Shown: one piece after another, positions 1 to 12,863 of the stretch
Position numbering within the stretch: position 1 is the first letter of the stretch
How the letters are laid out: the number at the start of each line of letters is the position of its first letter
Origin: Nemertoderma westbladi
Taxonomy: Eukaryota > Animalia > Xenacoelomorpha
Direction of reading: 5' to 3'
Length of the DNA stretch: 64,000 nucleotides
Assembly: GCA_032718475.1 (NCBI GenBank)
Contig: JAUCBJ010009103.1
Span: forward strand, 248,001 to 312,000
The notes under the pieces: model-generated
Told to the model about the DNA's origin: nothing
Databases searched by the model: none
Seen by the model: only the letters and a program-made list of their open reading frames with translations
Made by a program: the position numbers and the translations under genes

Positions 1-347
1 GATACGATTTAATATTACAGGGCATTTTGTAAGGCCCCCCAAAGGTCAATATTGTTCAACATCAATATTATTCAATGGGGCTATATAGAAATTTCAGTAA
101 TTCCAGAGTGAGTTTAGAGGGTGGCAAGAGTATGCCGTATATATAAATAAAAAAGTAAACTTTTTAAAACAGCTGATCCTAGAGTATACCGGTACATATA
201 TATATTATATATATATATATATTCCATAGCCCGTAAAATTTTAATTATACATGCTGAGCTGACCTATATACTGTAATAAGAATGAATGCTTTAAGCATAA
301 ATATATAATAATGTAAAATTAATATTAATATATCGAAACTTACTTAC

Positions 348-609
348 CCAATATTACTGAGGCGACAATGTGTATGATGACAGGCAAGAGTAGCACAACT
401 TAGCCAAGGTAAAACAAATATTGCATCAAAGTTATTAAATATATAATTTATATATAAAACTAAATAATATTTAGATAAATGCGTAATTGGAGGTAAGTAT
501 TTTAAGCATGAGTAGATTGGCACCATTGATATGAATGCAACGAAGGAAGAACAAGGTGGAACTATTTGCAATGCTTCTAGTGTAACTGGAAATGACATCA
601 ACAACAAGC
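348..609 (-). CDS. Possible internal exon of an unidentified host gene (hydrophobic peptide)
   Basis: The 262-nt stretch is open in one frame (ORF 344..607). On the minus strand it is bounded by a strong acceptor (cttttatttttcag|G) and a strong donor (GG|gtaagt). No recognisable homology. Confidence 0.25.
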
Positions 610-1624
610 CTGAAAAATAAAAGTGCTGATATATAATTGAGGTTGATATTTCATATAATAATATATAATGTTACAGCATCGCTTATTTGTTAAAATGTTA
701 AGCTACTGAATATAGAATAGGACTAAAGTGTAAAGGGTACATAAATAGTTCGTTCGTTATGTACCTATAATATAAACGGATACGTTCGTTCAATTGGGAT
801 AACTATGGAAAATTATGAGTACAGTATATGCAGACGTTTTAGTACTAAAAAAAAGCAGGTTTTTCAATTGTCCAAAAAAGTTGATTGTATTCTGGGGGAT
901 GTATTTTGACATCTACTGGGTGTATTTCAACAAGTTATAGCTCATTTTAAAGCTAAATAATAGAGGAATGCAATGGAATAACTTCCAAATTGTTTTATTG
1001 ATATCATATTGAAATACAACATAGATAATATACCCCTATTTTTGAAAATTTTTGAAAAATGTTTTTTGAAAAATTTTTGAAAAATATTTTTGAAAATTTT
1101 TGTCCCAAACGGTAACACCTATAGGTTTTTATTGGGATTCTATAAACTAAATTCTTATTTGAAAGGAAAATCTTCGGGAAGTTGAACGTTCAAGATTTTA
1201 CGAAAAAATAAAAAATACAACCGGAGATATGGCTGGTGTTATGTGGGAGTCGATTATGTCAATTAGGATTGTCCCATGTGTAACACCAAGTGCACTGCTT
1301 TACCATGCTCTAGAATCAGTTCTAACAAACGTGATTTAAAGATTCTAATATCAGCACATAGCCCAGATATTGGTCTTTTGCGTGAGTAATCATTTGTAGC
1401 AACAATTGACTGTGGAATAGACTTTAGTTGCTTTTACATTTATCGGCATGAGCTTTGTCCCCCCTGTAACAAAAGCCTGTAACACAAAAAATCGTTACAG
1501 GGCGGGACGTCCCACATGTAACATGTAAATTGAATAAATTTGGGCAACAGAGTAGGACATGTCTCACCTGTAACACTATCAGTAGAAACGCAAATGGACT
1601 ATTAATTGTATTTCTATTTAATTT

Positions 1625-1810
1625 AGTTGCTAAGGCTAAGAATAAGAAAATCCGTTGGATATATTTGAAGGCTGGTCACGGGAAGGGCACAGCGGATGGA
1701 GTTGGTGGAACGATTAAGAGGACATTGTCAAATATTATTGGCATGCACATTGATGGCGATACCCCTAGCTTCAAAGACATAATTGCCATGCTGAAACCAA
1801 GATATTTCTA
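1625..1810 (+). pseudogene. Transposase fragment with HGKGxxDGVGG motif (Sola2-like)
   Basis: ORF 1530..1838 contains WIYLKAGHGKGTADGVGGTIKR, matching the HGKG-x2-DG-x-GG-x2-KR motif I associate with Sola2-type DDD transposases. The family assignment is from memory. Confidence 0.5.
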
Positions 1811-2269
1811 TACTCGGCTAATGATGTGGAACTGGTAAAGGATACCATACCAAGTAACATAGGCCCCCTCCAGGGAATTGGAAAGGCCCACAAGATAGAA
1901 CCAGGGTGGCGATATCTATAGGATAAATATTTCTTGTAAGAAAGTGAGTCCACTATTCTGCATCCAGTATGGCGTGGCAGTCCTTGTGTCTCAGGCGGAA
2001 GGTGTCCTTGAAACTATTGAAGACGATGAATCAGATGGAATACTGGATGCTGATGATGTAAGGAAGGGAGAAGTGAGAGATATCGGTGGAGGTGGAGAGT
2101 CAGGGGATAGAGGTATAAGTGCAAGAGGAGGTGTTAGAGGTGGGCGGGCAGAATGTTAGAGGAGTTAGAGGAGCAGTTAGAGGTGGGAGGGAAAAAGATA
2201 GAGGTGCAAGGGGAGCAGTCAGAGGAGCGAGAGGAGTAGTTCGGCGTGCGGGTGGAGAAGCGAGTGGAG

Positions 2270-2480
2270 ACAGAGTGGGAAGCTCAGGAGGATCTGTGGA
2301 GGGTGGGGAAGATGGAGTGGGAAGTGTGGGAGGATCTGTGGAGGGTGTGGGAGACGGAGTGGGAGGTACAAGATGAATCTGTGGAGGGTGTGGGAGACGG
2401 AGTGGGAGGTATGGGGGGATCTGTGTAGGGTGTGGGAGACGGAGTGGGAGGTATGGGGGGATCTGTGGATGGTGTGGAGA
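2270..2480 (+). repeat. GA-rich ~42-bp tandem repeat
   Basis: About five diverged copies of GAGGGTGTGGGAGACGGAGTGGGAGGTATGGGGGGATCTGTG. Explains the overlapping low-complexity ORFs. Confidence 0.8.
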
Positions 2481-2587
2481 TGAAACAAATGAACAATTTG
2501 CAGGTTTTGACTAACTGCTCTGCTATAGTGATATATTAACTTTAAGGTAAAGGTATCACATAGTGATATATAACAGTTATAACTTAA

Positions 2588-3334
2588 GGGGGGGGGGGGG
2601 GGGGGGGGGGGGGTACACCATTTTCGGACAACTCTTCGATTTATCACTCTCAGCGTTTCAAAATTGTTTGGTTTTGGCTATAATTTGGAATATAGGTGCC
2701 TAAGATGCTATTCTACATGACAGGTTAGAAAATTTTTATTTTTCGCTATTTAATATTAGTTAATACTAGTTAACAACAAAAAAACTTGGTTGCGCTTAAA
2801 ACCCTAAGGCTTTTACAGTTTTGAATCTAATCACATGAAAGTTTTTTTATATGATAGATCAAAGATGGGGCAACATAACTATCAGGCGAAATTTTGTGAA
2901 AATAATTCTGCACCGCTAGGTGGCGCTGCAAATTTATGCCTAATTTTTAGGTTTGTTATAAATAGTATTAAATTTTATTAACAAATAATTTCGAAAAGTT
3001 GTCTGATACTTTTATGCAGGGTGGCTATGTAGACACCCACAGAAAGTTTCAGACTAATTGCTCAAAAATTGTAGAAGTAGTAGGGTTTTGAAGTTGACAA
3101 TTTCATAAAAAAATATTTGGAGATAATCGACCTTTCATTATACATAGTAATAGTAATTTCAATAGGAATCCCTAAATGGAAATTGTTATAACTTAAAAAC
3201 TAAAAGAGCTATTAAATAGCGGTTTTCAGATTTGGAAACACCATTCAATGGTGCATTATACTGGATCATTAAAAAAAATTTCGACATATTTTTGACCAAA
3301 ATGGTGTACCCCCCCCACCCCCCCCCCCCCCCCC
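2588..3334. mobile_element. Non-autonomous Kolobok-like DNA transposon (MITE)
   Basis: TTAA on both flanks (2584-2587 and 3335-3338). TIRs are poly-G+TACACCATTTT and AAAATGGTGTA+poly-C. TTAA TSD with RR...YY termini fits Kolobok rather than piggyBac (CCY). Confidence 0.7.
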
Positions 3335-3431
3335 TTAATAGTAAACAGAAAGTCATAGTAATAAACAGTAATAGAATAATAAGTAATAAACAGAAATTAA
3401 GGACCATAAAGATTTATTATGATTGATTATA

Positions 3432-5331
3432 CAGGGTGTCCCATAAAATTTGTTACTACTTTGAATTTATATAACTCCCACGTATGTTGGATAAAATATA
3501 AGTTTTTTATATCAAATTAAAGCCAATATTCTAACTTAGATTTTGGTCCGTGTTTGGAGTCACAACGTTGTTATGGAAACAAAATACAGCCAATTGAATT
3601 CAAAAGCCAGATTTTATACATTCGTAAGTGAAGCTTCGAGGCCGTTTAAATAGGTAATGCGCTATTTGGACGATACATGGTCATGAACATTGCTTGTTTG
3701 TTATGAAAGGTTAAAATTCGAGGAACGTTGGTCATAAAGTGTATTTATTTTTGGTTATTTATTTTATTACAATTTATTTTGTGCCAATATTCAACATACT
3801 AACTAATCTGACAAACAAATAAAGTATACAATCAATGCAATACTGTATGTATGCATACACACACTAGCATTAAATAATAAATAATGCCTGTGACGATATA
3901 ATAAACCTGGAATAATTGTAATGTACTTGTAATGTAATTGAATCTAAGAGTTGATTGATTAGACACTAGAAGTTTAATGCTATTATTGTACCGGTATCTA
4001 TTTGTAAATCTCTACGTGGCCACCTCCTATTTCCTGCACTTTTTCTAGTCTACTCATCATTTCTGCAAAGGATCTCTGAAGATGGGCTTTCGGTATTCCG
4101 TTGAAGGCTTCAGTAATAGCAGGACGAAGTTGGGCCAAGGATTCAATCGGTTGGCTATAAACTAAGTTCTTAATGTGGCCCCATAAATAGAAATCGCAAG
4201 GTGTCAGGTCCGGGGAGCGTGGTGGCCACAGCACTGGTCCATCTCTGCCAATCCAATGTCCGTTAAAATGACAGTCCAAATAATTCCTAACGATAAGCCC
4301 CCAGTGTGGCGGTGCACCATCTTGCTGGAACACAATATCGCTATGATGGATTCCTAACCGAGGAACAAAAAATGAAGATATCAAATCTAAATAACTGGCA
4401 CTTGTGACAGTTGGTGTATCAAAAAAGTATGGACCAATTAATCGTGTGCGAGACATAGCTGCCCATACAGTGACCTTTGGTGAGTCGCGAGATTTTTCAG
4501 CGATTGAGTGTGGGTTTTCCTTTCCCCAAATCCGAGAATTCCATCTATTTACTTGTCCATTGACATGAAAGGTAGACTCATCACTAAAGAATACCTTGGA
4601 TAAGTCCTTAGATTCTAGAAAGTTCAATATCTGGGCCGCATTATTGACACGTCTGGTGTAGTCGTTTTGTTGAATTGCATGTAGGAGCTGAATTTTGTAA
4701 GATTTAAATTTGAGTTTCTTAATAACTCTTTGAATACTGCTACGACTGTAGCTTAATGATAGTGATGCCCGCCTCAGTGATGTCTTGGGATTCTGGATAA
4801 AATGGGCCTCAATGATTTCTCTTGAAACACGAATGCGTCTTCCTGACCCCTTTTTTCTGGTGAAACCGAATTCGGATGAAAGTTTTTTCACGAATCTTAA
4901 AATTTCAGCGTTTTTAGGAAGACGCTGATTTGGAAATTTGTGTCCAAATGCACTAGCTGTCAGTTTGGGCGACTTAGTTTCAAAATACGTTTTTACAATA
5001 AAAACTTTCTCTTCACCAGAGAACATGGTTCCAACTTAAAACACAAGAGTGAACCAAAATGGTAGCTAGTCTTATTTCCATAGCAACACTAACTTTCTCA
5101 TAAAATAAATACCCGCAAAAGACTAGAACATGCACCTACGAATGTATAAAATCTGGCTTTTGAATTCAATTGGCTGTATTTTGTTTCCATGACAACGTTG
5201 TGATTCCAAACACAGACCAAAATCTAAGTTAGAATATTGGCTTTTGATTGATATAAAAAACTTATATTTTATCCAACATACGTGGGAGTTATATAAATTC
5301 AAAGTAGTAACAAATTTTATGGGACACCCTG
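3432..5331 (-). mobile_element. Full-length Tc1/mariner transposon, DD41D (rosa/Visitor), with long TIRs
   Basis: 195-bp near-perfect TIRs (3432-3626 and 5137-5331, starting CAGGGTGTCCCATAAAA), TA TSD on both sides, intact transposase ORF inside. Confidence 0.95.
3998..5026 (-). CDS. Tc1/mariner transposase, DD41D
   Basis: 342 aa. N-terminal HTH region, FFSDESTF, WGKENPH, QQDGAPPH and WPPRSPDLTPCDF. 41 residues lie between the second and third catalytic Asp. Confidence 0.95.
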   Translation of the reverse strand: MFSGEEKVFIVKTYFETKSPKLTASAFGHKFPNQRLPKNAEILRFVKKLSSEFGFTRKKGSGRRIRVSREIIEAHFIQNPKTSLRRASLSLSYSRSSIQRVIKKLKFKSYKIQLLHAIQQNDYTRRVNNAAQILNFLESKDLSKVFFSDESTFHVNGQVNRWNSRIWGKENPHSIAEKSRDSPKVTVWAAMSRTRLIGPYFFDTPTVTSASYLDLISSFFVPRLGIHHSDIVFQQDGAPPHWGLIVRNYLDCHFNGHWIGRDGPVLWPPRSPDLTPCDFYLWGHIKNLVYSQPIESLAQLRPAITEAFNGIPKAHLQRSFAEMMSRLEKVQEIGGGHVEIYK

Positions 5332-7699
5332 TATATTTTCAAATAAGCTTTACTGGGAGGTGTTACTGGGATCAGGTATGGCTGGATAGCTCCCACTCGG
5401 GCACGAAATCTAGGTTAAATTAACATTAACAGTGTAATTACAACTGGTGTTACATGGTGGGACAAATTGTTACCGGCATCGGAAATCACCATTCAAGGGC
5501 TCTGATTGGCTGATATCGGGCGTTACATTGTGGGACAAGTGTTACAGGAATGGACATATGTTTTGCTCAATTATTTGTTACCAGGAGGTCGGGGCTATTG
5601 GGAAATTACCACCATTGAATTCAGCGCATCGAGAGCTTTCTGGTGATATATAATATTACATACTTTGTGAAACTTTTTTTGACAAAAAAAAATGATTTTT
5701 TTTGGCCACTTTTTGTGAGTTTGAGAATACCGTATATTTACCTAAAGAATAATAACAAAGCAAAGTACCGGTCTCTGTGAATGCAGATAAGATTGATATT
5801 TATGCTTTAGTTCTAAGCTTTGCTTCTGTTCCAGTAGGCCTACAGTCCTTAACACCTTTATTGTAGTTGTACTACAATAAAGTTAGTTGTACTTCAACTC
5901 ACGGTAATATTTTCTCTTTCGTTCCATTAACATTCTATGCAAACTCATTGGTTGTTTGTAGATTACACCGTTACCATGGCTACTGTTAGGCTTGCACGTA
6001 AAGCAACTTTTCTGCCGCCGTTCCGGAAGAGTTCTAATAAGAAAAACATTAAAACATTGTAGCAAAATTATTCATAATTCTCTATAATTAACTAAACATT
6101 TATACTAATTATTGAATTTCACTCAATTCAGCTTATACTGTAAAGCAAATTAATTACCGGTAGTTTAAATAATATACATTATCAACCAACGTCATGTTAT
6201 TCAGACATCAGAAACCGCAATACCAACCTTTGTAGTTCAGTCGTTTGAACACCATTGTTACCGGTAGCGACGGCGATTTCACGGCTTTCACGGCTTTCCA
6301 TGGGTGGCTTATCAATGTGTTGACCACTCATTGACAGATATCGGATTAGATCGGATTTGTATCTAAACCATCAATCTTATTATACATAATATTATTATAT
6401 GGTATGGTTTATCTATTCCTGTATTATTCCAAATAATTAGCAGGCATGGTAACATTGTAACAATTTCCCACTTCAAAGGACCACTATTCTAGTGATCACA
6501 GAACAACTACATTATACCAATTCAGCAGCTCAGTTGCTCTTACTGCCGTGTTTAGTTTCAATAGGCCTACAAATAATTGCTGTTAATACCGTGGTATTCA
6601 GCAAACTAATGTAGAATGTTTTTATTGTTGCTATGCAACCGTTAAAACCTGCCTAGCTACAAACGTAAACAAACTGGTGTATCTCCATCACTGTCATTAT
6701 CAGGCTGAATTAATTTACTACTGTACGCTATTTACCATAATATTATTCACACAAGGAGTTTATGCTTTTCAATTTACCTTAATCGAATAGTAAGAACTGA
6801 ATTTTGGACAATTTTGAAAATCGCTGGTTCAGACATAATATTACTAACCAAAAAATCCACTGAGTCAGTACAACTGTACAAAAATCGCTACGCTACAACT
6901 GTATAAATTGGTGTTGGTAGATATTATTTATTGCCCTCACTTTAGTGCAGGCTGTTACTAAAGTCACTTTCACACTGCTTATAGAGGACTTTTAAGTACT
7001 CTAGTAGGACTCTCAGGACGTTAGTAGAGGATTTGGATTGTACTGTAAGTCAAAGGCTTTCTTTCATCTACTGATCTAAATTGATTTTATTACCCCCACC
7101 CCACACCATCCCAAAGAAAACAAATTCGGCATCAACTGGGAAATATATGTATTTTTGCAATAATAATTTCAAAAATAGGCATACACTTTGTACAAATTTT
7201 CATTAATTTGTTAATTAAAGTTAATGATATTACATAATGAAACGTTAATGAAATACATAAATTAATGTTTAAATTTCGCAGGTTGTTTAGGATACAATAT
7301 AATAATTATACAAATATCATACAGCACAGTAGCTCCTAATTTTAAATATTTAGAACGCCTGTATTCACATTTTTCATCATAAATATAACTCTACCCAGTC
7401 AGTCTTGATTCAAATTGGCTACTAAATATTCAAGTTAGAAAGACTGTACTTTCTCTGACATTATGACACCATTCTCTTCTCTTTAGACATTAAACAGACT
7501 TTAAGTTCTATACAAAACGGACAATTACTGTATTAGCATTTTAACAACATTTCCACAGCTACTGTACACACGCGTGCAGGTTTCCTACTACTAAAAGTCT
7601 AGTGGTTAGGAGGGACAGTGCAGGTTGCAGAATTATGACAATGTCATTGGGAGAGGGAAACATACAGTAGAAATATGGAAACGCTACAAAACTATACAA

Positions 7700-8605
7700 T
7701 ATAATTCTATTAAATCGCATCAGGGATCCCATTGAGAGACACTGCTACATAGAAATCAGAATGGGTTCCGTAAAGGTCGTGGGACCATGGAGCCCATTTT
7801 GGCACTTAGAAGGATAATGGAAGAGTTATACAAAAATATAGACATATATCTGGCTATTGTCTTTGTTAACTTCTTCATGGCCTTTGATTCAGTCTCTCTC
7901 TTACGTATGTTCACATACTTTCATTATATGGGATTCCTGATGAAATTATTGCAGCAATCAGATCAGTGTACGATGGTTTGACTTCGACGACATTTGTTTC
8001 TATACTGTTGACGGTGACACAGATCCATTCAAAGTGTTATGGGAGACACACTTGCGCCATTCTTATTCATAATTGTGGTTGACTATGTTCTACTCATGTC
8101 CTTACCATAATTCTCATTCCTAATCAGTCCTTATTAGTCCTATCATAATGATGATGGGGTGATGGTAACTCCACCTACTAGCTCCAGAAGTCGAGGAAAT
8201 CCTACCAAATACCTAACTGATCTAGACTTTGCTGATGAATTAGGAGTACTCTCAGAATCACTAGAGGGAGCCCAACGGCTCCTCAGCTCTTTAGAACAGG
8301 CTGCTTCTAGTGTTAGTCTTTTTGTAAACACCAAAAAGACCACAATTTTGACAGTTATCTTTGAAAGTCCACAGCAAACTCTGATCGGATGAGCATAAGC
8401 TCAAAGGATGGTATGCTTGAGCATGTAGACGAATTCTGTTACCTGGGATCATGGATCTGGAAGTCTGGTGAGGAGCTTCGAATATGTAATGCTGCCCTTT
8501 GGCAGCATTGAATGAGCTTTCCAGAATTTGGGAAAAAAAAGAATTCATCGGAAACTTAAGGTCCGATTATGTAGAGCAGCAGTAGTTCCAATACTCCTCT
8601 ATGGG
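7700..8605 (+). pseudogene. RTE-like LINE reverse transcriptase fragment
   Basis: Frameshifted peptides ILLNRI, QNGFRKGRGT, FVNFFMAFDSV, GDTLAPFLF, LDFADEL, VNTKKT and VVPILLYG. Confidence 0.85.
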
Positions 8606-9480
8606 CAGGCCGGATTATAGATTGTCGGGCCCCCGCCTGTCACAACTTACGGGCCCCTATAACCATAACCCCCCCCCCCCCCTCCCCACCCACGAAAACC
8701 AATTTAAAATTTGTTCAAATTTTTGGTGCATGTTTGGTCAGCTGCAATCAAGAGGAAATAATACTGTCATTTTTCTCACGTTGCCCTTTTTGGAACACTT
8801 TCACTATCTACTTTTTTTAACTACTCAACGGATTTTCGTTCTGTTTCAGAATTATAGAGAGCAGAATATTCCGCAAAAATTATGTTGACATAATTTTGAA
8901 ACTTTGTTTAAAAAAAAGTTATAGAAAATTATAAAAAGTAATTTTGAAACGATAAATGCCATGCCGGTAACTTTTCTTTTAAACAAAATTTCAAAATTTC
9001 TGTCAACACAATTTTTTCGCGGAATATTCTTATACATGATTCTGCAAACAAAATGATATTCGGTTTTGAGTACTTAAAAAGTAGATAGAGAAATTGTCCC
9101 AAAAAAGCGAACGCGAGAAAAGTTACATTCAAATTTCCTTTTGATTACAACTGAACAAAAATTGCCATAACTCGAGAACTAAACAACTTGTCGAAAAACT
9201 GGTTTCAGATTCGGAATGACCATAATTTTTACATCAGAAAACATTAACATTAAAAACATTAAAAATTTTATTACATTAAAAAAAATATGATGTAAAAAGA
9301 GTGGGGGTGAACCACCCCCCCCCCCCCCCATTCTATTTTGTTTCAATGGCTTTCTCTAATCAGGCATATTCTATCTGTCTATGAATGGTGCTTGCTATGC
9401 GAGATATAAATATTAATTGAACAGCCAGAAATTAAGATAAATGAGATTGTTTTATCAGTGAGATAATGTTTGGTAAACAT
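8606..9480. mobile_element. Probable non-autonomous element(s) interrupting the RTE fragment
   Basis: The LINE peptide stops at ILLYG and resumes ~9483. The insert begins CAGGCCGGATTATAGATTGTCGGGCCCC, a hAT-MITE-like end. No matching right end was found. Confidence 0.35.
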
Positions 9481-9482
9481 TG

Positions 9483-9735
9483 GGAGTCCATGCTGGGCTC
9501 TAACTGATGAGGACACCAAATCTCTGGATGGCACATTCGCAAGAATGCTACGTCGGGTTCATTGTGTCAAGTACAATGCACACATCTCCAACCAGTCACT
9601 ATACAGTATAACATTGGAGGTGTCTCATTGGTTCCCGCAAGCTTGACACTAGAACAAAAACCGCCTCCGCTTTGCAGGACATTGTTTTCGCCGTGAGAAC
9701 CAGCCTGTGCACAATTGTACTTTGGCAGCCGCAGA
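9483..9735 (+). pseudogene. RTE-like LINE C-terminal fragment
   Basis: WALTDEDTKSLDGTFARMLRRVH...RLRFAGHCFRRENQPVH. Same family as the copy at 31512-32010 (-). Confidence 0.8.
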
Positions 9736-9739
9736 ACGC

Positions 9740-10660
9740 CTAGAGGCACCCTTCGGTGGCCCATTCCTGAACGAGCCTGGGTCATCCAGTGACATCGTGT
9801 GGGAGGCACGCCATTCCCGACTCAATCGTCTGCACATTCGCCGTTATATCGTACCGGGTGGTAATGCAGGACGTAAAGTAGTTTATGTACTCACTCGTGA
9901 GATTGAGAACCTGACAGGTGGTAACTTCCATTCTGAGAGACCCCTCTGTTTTTTAGCAATGGTCTTTCATAGAGACCCAGAAACAACAACCATACTTCGG
10001 CGCATCGAAATGTGGGAAAATTTGGAATTCGAGCAACTCCTAGCCAAGGCTGAAAGAGGCAGCACTCGGTTTCCATCACGGTCTGCCATTGCTTCAAAGG
10101 AAACAGCTAATCTGTACAATCGTAAAGTTCTAGCTGGGATGAATCGTTCAGCAGTTCGCATGGTCACTGACCGTGATAGTGGGGGTGTTCTCCATCCTGA
10201 GTCTCAGGCTGAGGGACAGCCTCCAGGAGTCTCCGTTAGGGATGTCCTCTCAAGCAAACACCCCCCTCAGATGCCAGAATCCATGGCCGCGATCGAACCC
10301 TTTGTGACGCCACCCCAGTTCGAGGGGGTTGACATTACGGGTACCACAGTACTCAAGGTCACACGGTCCGTCTCGGGGAGTTCTGGTCCAGTAGGAGGAG
10401 ATGCTGAGTCTTGGCACGCATTGCTCACACGGTATGATGCCCACAGTTAGTTCCCGTCGTCATGAAGCAATTGATGGACTAGCCCGCCGCCTTGTCAACA
10501 CCATTGTGCCATGGGAAGAAATCCGGGCTCTGCGTGCTTGTTGACTAATTTCTCTGGACAAGCAGCCGGGAGTTTTCCCAATCGGTGTAGGGGAGGTACT
10601 CTATCGTTTACTAGCCAACTGCATCGCATCAACCACAAAGTCAGACATCATCCAGGAAAG
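9740..10660 (+). pseudogene. CRE-clade-like non-LTR retrotransposon RT fragment
   Basis: ORF 9707..10450 (VRDVLSSKHP, SGSSGPVGGDAESW) continues after stops/frameshifts as ALRAC*LISLDKQPGVFPIGVGEVLYRL, which is typical of CRE-like RT. Confidence 0.75.
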
Positions 10661-11003
10661 TAGGATCTAGAATTGTACTGTACGTCTGCTACTACTTTTA
10701 GTCATTAGCAGGCATCTCTAGGCCACTACTGTATATAAAAAATTACAAATTCTCCCCTTAGACAAACTATATAAATTCGAAGTAGCAAAATTAATCGAAT
10801 TACAATATACTGTAGTAGTGTAGTCTCATGGTACACGTTCCGCTACAGATGATAATTATTTTCCCACGCGTTCGACTGCTTGTCGGACACAATTCCCTTC
10901 AACATCAAAGTCCTGTCATTTGGAATTCTGTTAACGATACAACTTAAAAATTTACCAAATAAGCCATCACTCATATGCGGGAAAGTAGTATAGGCTTGCT
11001 CCT

Positions 11004-11279
11004 CTTTGTGACAGTTAGACCCCACTCATGACTTATCGCTTAGGAATGTGACACCTATGGGTGTCATTGGGTGTCATTGGCGCCAGACTGTCTGGGTGAC
11101 ACCTCCTAATTAGGCTAATAAGACCCAAATTGACAGGTGTCATCAATTAATTAATACATTTTATCCCTAATAGGTGTCTTACGACTCCTAATTAGGGTTT
11201 AATTGATTATCCTAATTAATTAGACTGATTAGCGCCCTAACACCCAATGGGTCATGAGTGTTGTCTAACTGTCACAAAG
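11004..11279. mobile_element. Small foldback MITE
   Basis: Inverted ends CTTTGTGACAGTTAGAC-CCACTCATGAC and GTCATGAGTG-TGTCTAACTGTCACAAAG. Confidence 0.6.
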
Positions 11280-12238
11280 CCGGCGCAAGAGGGTTTCATA
11301 AGTGACACCGCAACTCTTTTATTTATTAATACTTATTTATTTGTATTAATTTTTATTATTTATTTGTATTTAATTTTATTTATTTATTTGTATTTAATTT
11401 TAATTTATTTATTTGTATTTAATTTTAAATTAATTATTTAATTGTACTTAATTTTAGATTTACCAATAATTAGTTTTATATATTGGTTTCTAAGTGACCT
11501 CATTGACTTTCATCTTGTTATACTTAGCCATAGGGTATACAGCTCCAATACTGCTAAGTAATTACTCTTATCTATATCCAGACATCTTTATCGTTGACCT
11601 TTGACCCCCAATTAGCTTTAACAAAGCAACAGCTTATTAATAATAGTTGTATCCAAGCGCCCCGCCCCCCTCTCGTGACACCTCTGATTACTAATTACTT
11701 TTACCTAAATCCAGCCATCTGCAGTTCCATAGTCTGCCGCTAGAGGGCGTATTATCTGAAAATTAACATCTTCTCTAACTTTGTTACAGTATTTTCATTC
11801 CGAATAGGTTTAAACTCGGTAGGCATCTACTACGGCATAGGGCATATCTTTTGCGGAGTCATATAGTAGTCTGAAGTTCCCCTGTCTGCCGCTAGAGGGC
11901 GTATTATTTGAAAATTAACATCTTCTCTAGCTTTGTTGTTTACAATCCGCAAAACTATGAAGTTATATTGCTAGAGTTCTAAGGGGCGAGCCATGAGGCA
12001 AGATGTTTGAGGCTTATTTAGATATATTATTACTTAATTTTGACCCCCCAATCGGTATCTATTACAATATGGGCTATATTTTTGGCAGAGTCACAGAGTA
12101 GTCTGAAGTTCCCCAGTATGCCGCTAGGGGGCGAAATGTCTCAAAGTGAAAACCATATGGTAGCCATGAATGGGTTACTAGGCAATAATACTGCATTTTG
12201 CAACGTTAGGCCTATTGCTGACCGAACGAAAACTGCCC

Positions 12239-12312
12239 TGGTTCATGCAGGGATTGAACCCATGGCATACGGGCGATGTGAATTCAATGCAACCACTACA
12301 CCAAGGTGGAAC
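12239..12312 (-). pseudogene. tRNA-derived sequence (SINE head or pseudo-tRNA), left arm
   Basis: A-box TGGTGTAGTGG and B-box GGTTCAATCC on the minus strand. Cloverleaf is degenerate. Confidence 0.6.
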
Positions 12313-12375
12313 AGTAACCGTCGAATTCGTTCGTTGACATTCGAATTTGTATGTAAGACTCTCATTTAAGACCTG

Positions 12376-12729
12376 ACACAGACTATGCCTCACTGAGGCA
12401 CTGAGGCATAGACTATACCTCACTGAGGCATAGACTATACCTCACTGAGGCATAGACTATGCCTCACTGAGGCATAGACTATGCCTCACTGAGGCATAGA
12501 CTATGACTCACTGAGGCATAGACTATGCCTCACTGAGGTACTGAGGCATAGACTATGCCTCACTGAGGCACTGAGGCATAGACTATGCCTCACTGAGGCA
12601 CTGAGGCATAGACTATGACTCACTGAGACATAGACTATGCCTCACTGAGGCACTGAGGCATAGACTATGCCTCACTGAGGCACTGAGGCATAGTCTATGC
12701 CTCAGTGCCTCAGTGAGGCATAGTCTGTG
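12376..12729. repeat. Minisatellite of alternating palindromes (GACTATGCCTCACTGAGGCA[CTGAGGCA]TA)n
   Basis: About 12 units of 24 or 32 bp. Each contains TGCCTCA-C-TGAGGCA and GGCATAG-A-CTATGCC. Confidence 0.9.
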
Positions 12730-12789
12730 TCAGGTCTTAAATGAGAGTCTTACAAATTCGAACGTCAACGAACAAATTCGACGGTTACT

Positions 12790-12863
12790 GTTCCACCTTG
12801 GTGTAGTGGTTGCATTGAATTCACATCGCCCGTATGTCATGGGTTCGATCCCTGCATGAACCA
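12790..12863 (+). pseudogene. tRNA-derived sequence (SINE head or pseudo-tRNA), right arm
   Basis: GTTCCACCTTGGTGTAGTGGTT...GGGTTCGATCCCTGCATGAACCA with Pol III A and B boxes at tRNA-like spacing. Confidence 0.6.

Larger units (their letters stand above)
822..5732 (+). mobile_element. Decayed DNA transposon (Sola2-like transposase remnant) hosting two nested insertions
   Basis: Imperfect inverted termini (CAGTATATG...TGTCCAAAAAAGTT versus AACTTTTTTTGACA...AATACCG), flanked by TA. Inverted subterminal motifs (GTCCCACATGTAACA ~1510 versus TGTTACATGGTGGGAC ~5448 and GTTACATTGTGGGAC ~5522). Contains a transposase-like peptide. Confidence 0.45.

Noticed and set aside
1944-2647. Gly-rich and Pro-rich protein genes
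   Set aside because: Products of GA-rich tandem repeats and a poly-G tract.
12376-12729. CRISPR-like palindromic repeats
   Set aside because: No spacers; this is a pure minisatellite in a eukaryotic context.
12790-12863. Functional tRNA gene
   Set aside because: A and B boxes are present, but the acceptor and anticodon stems pair poorly.
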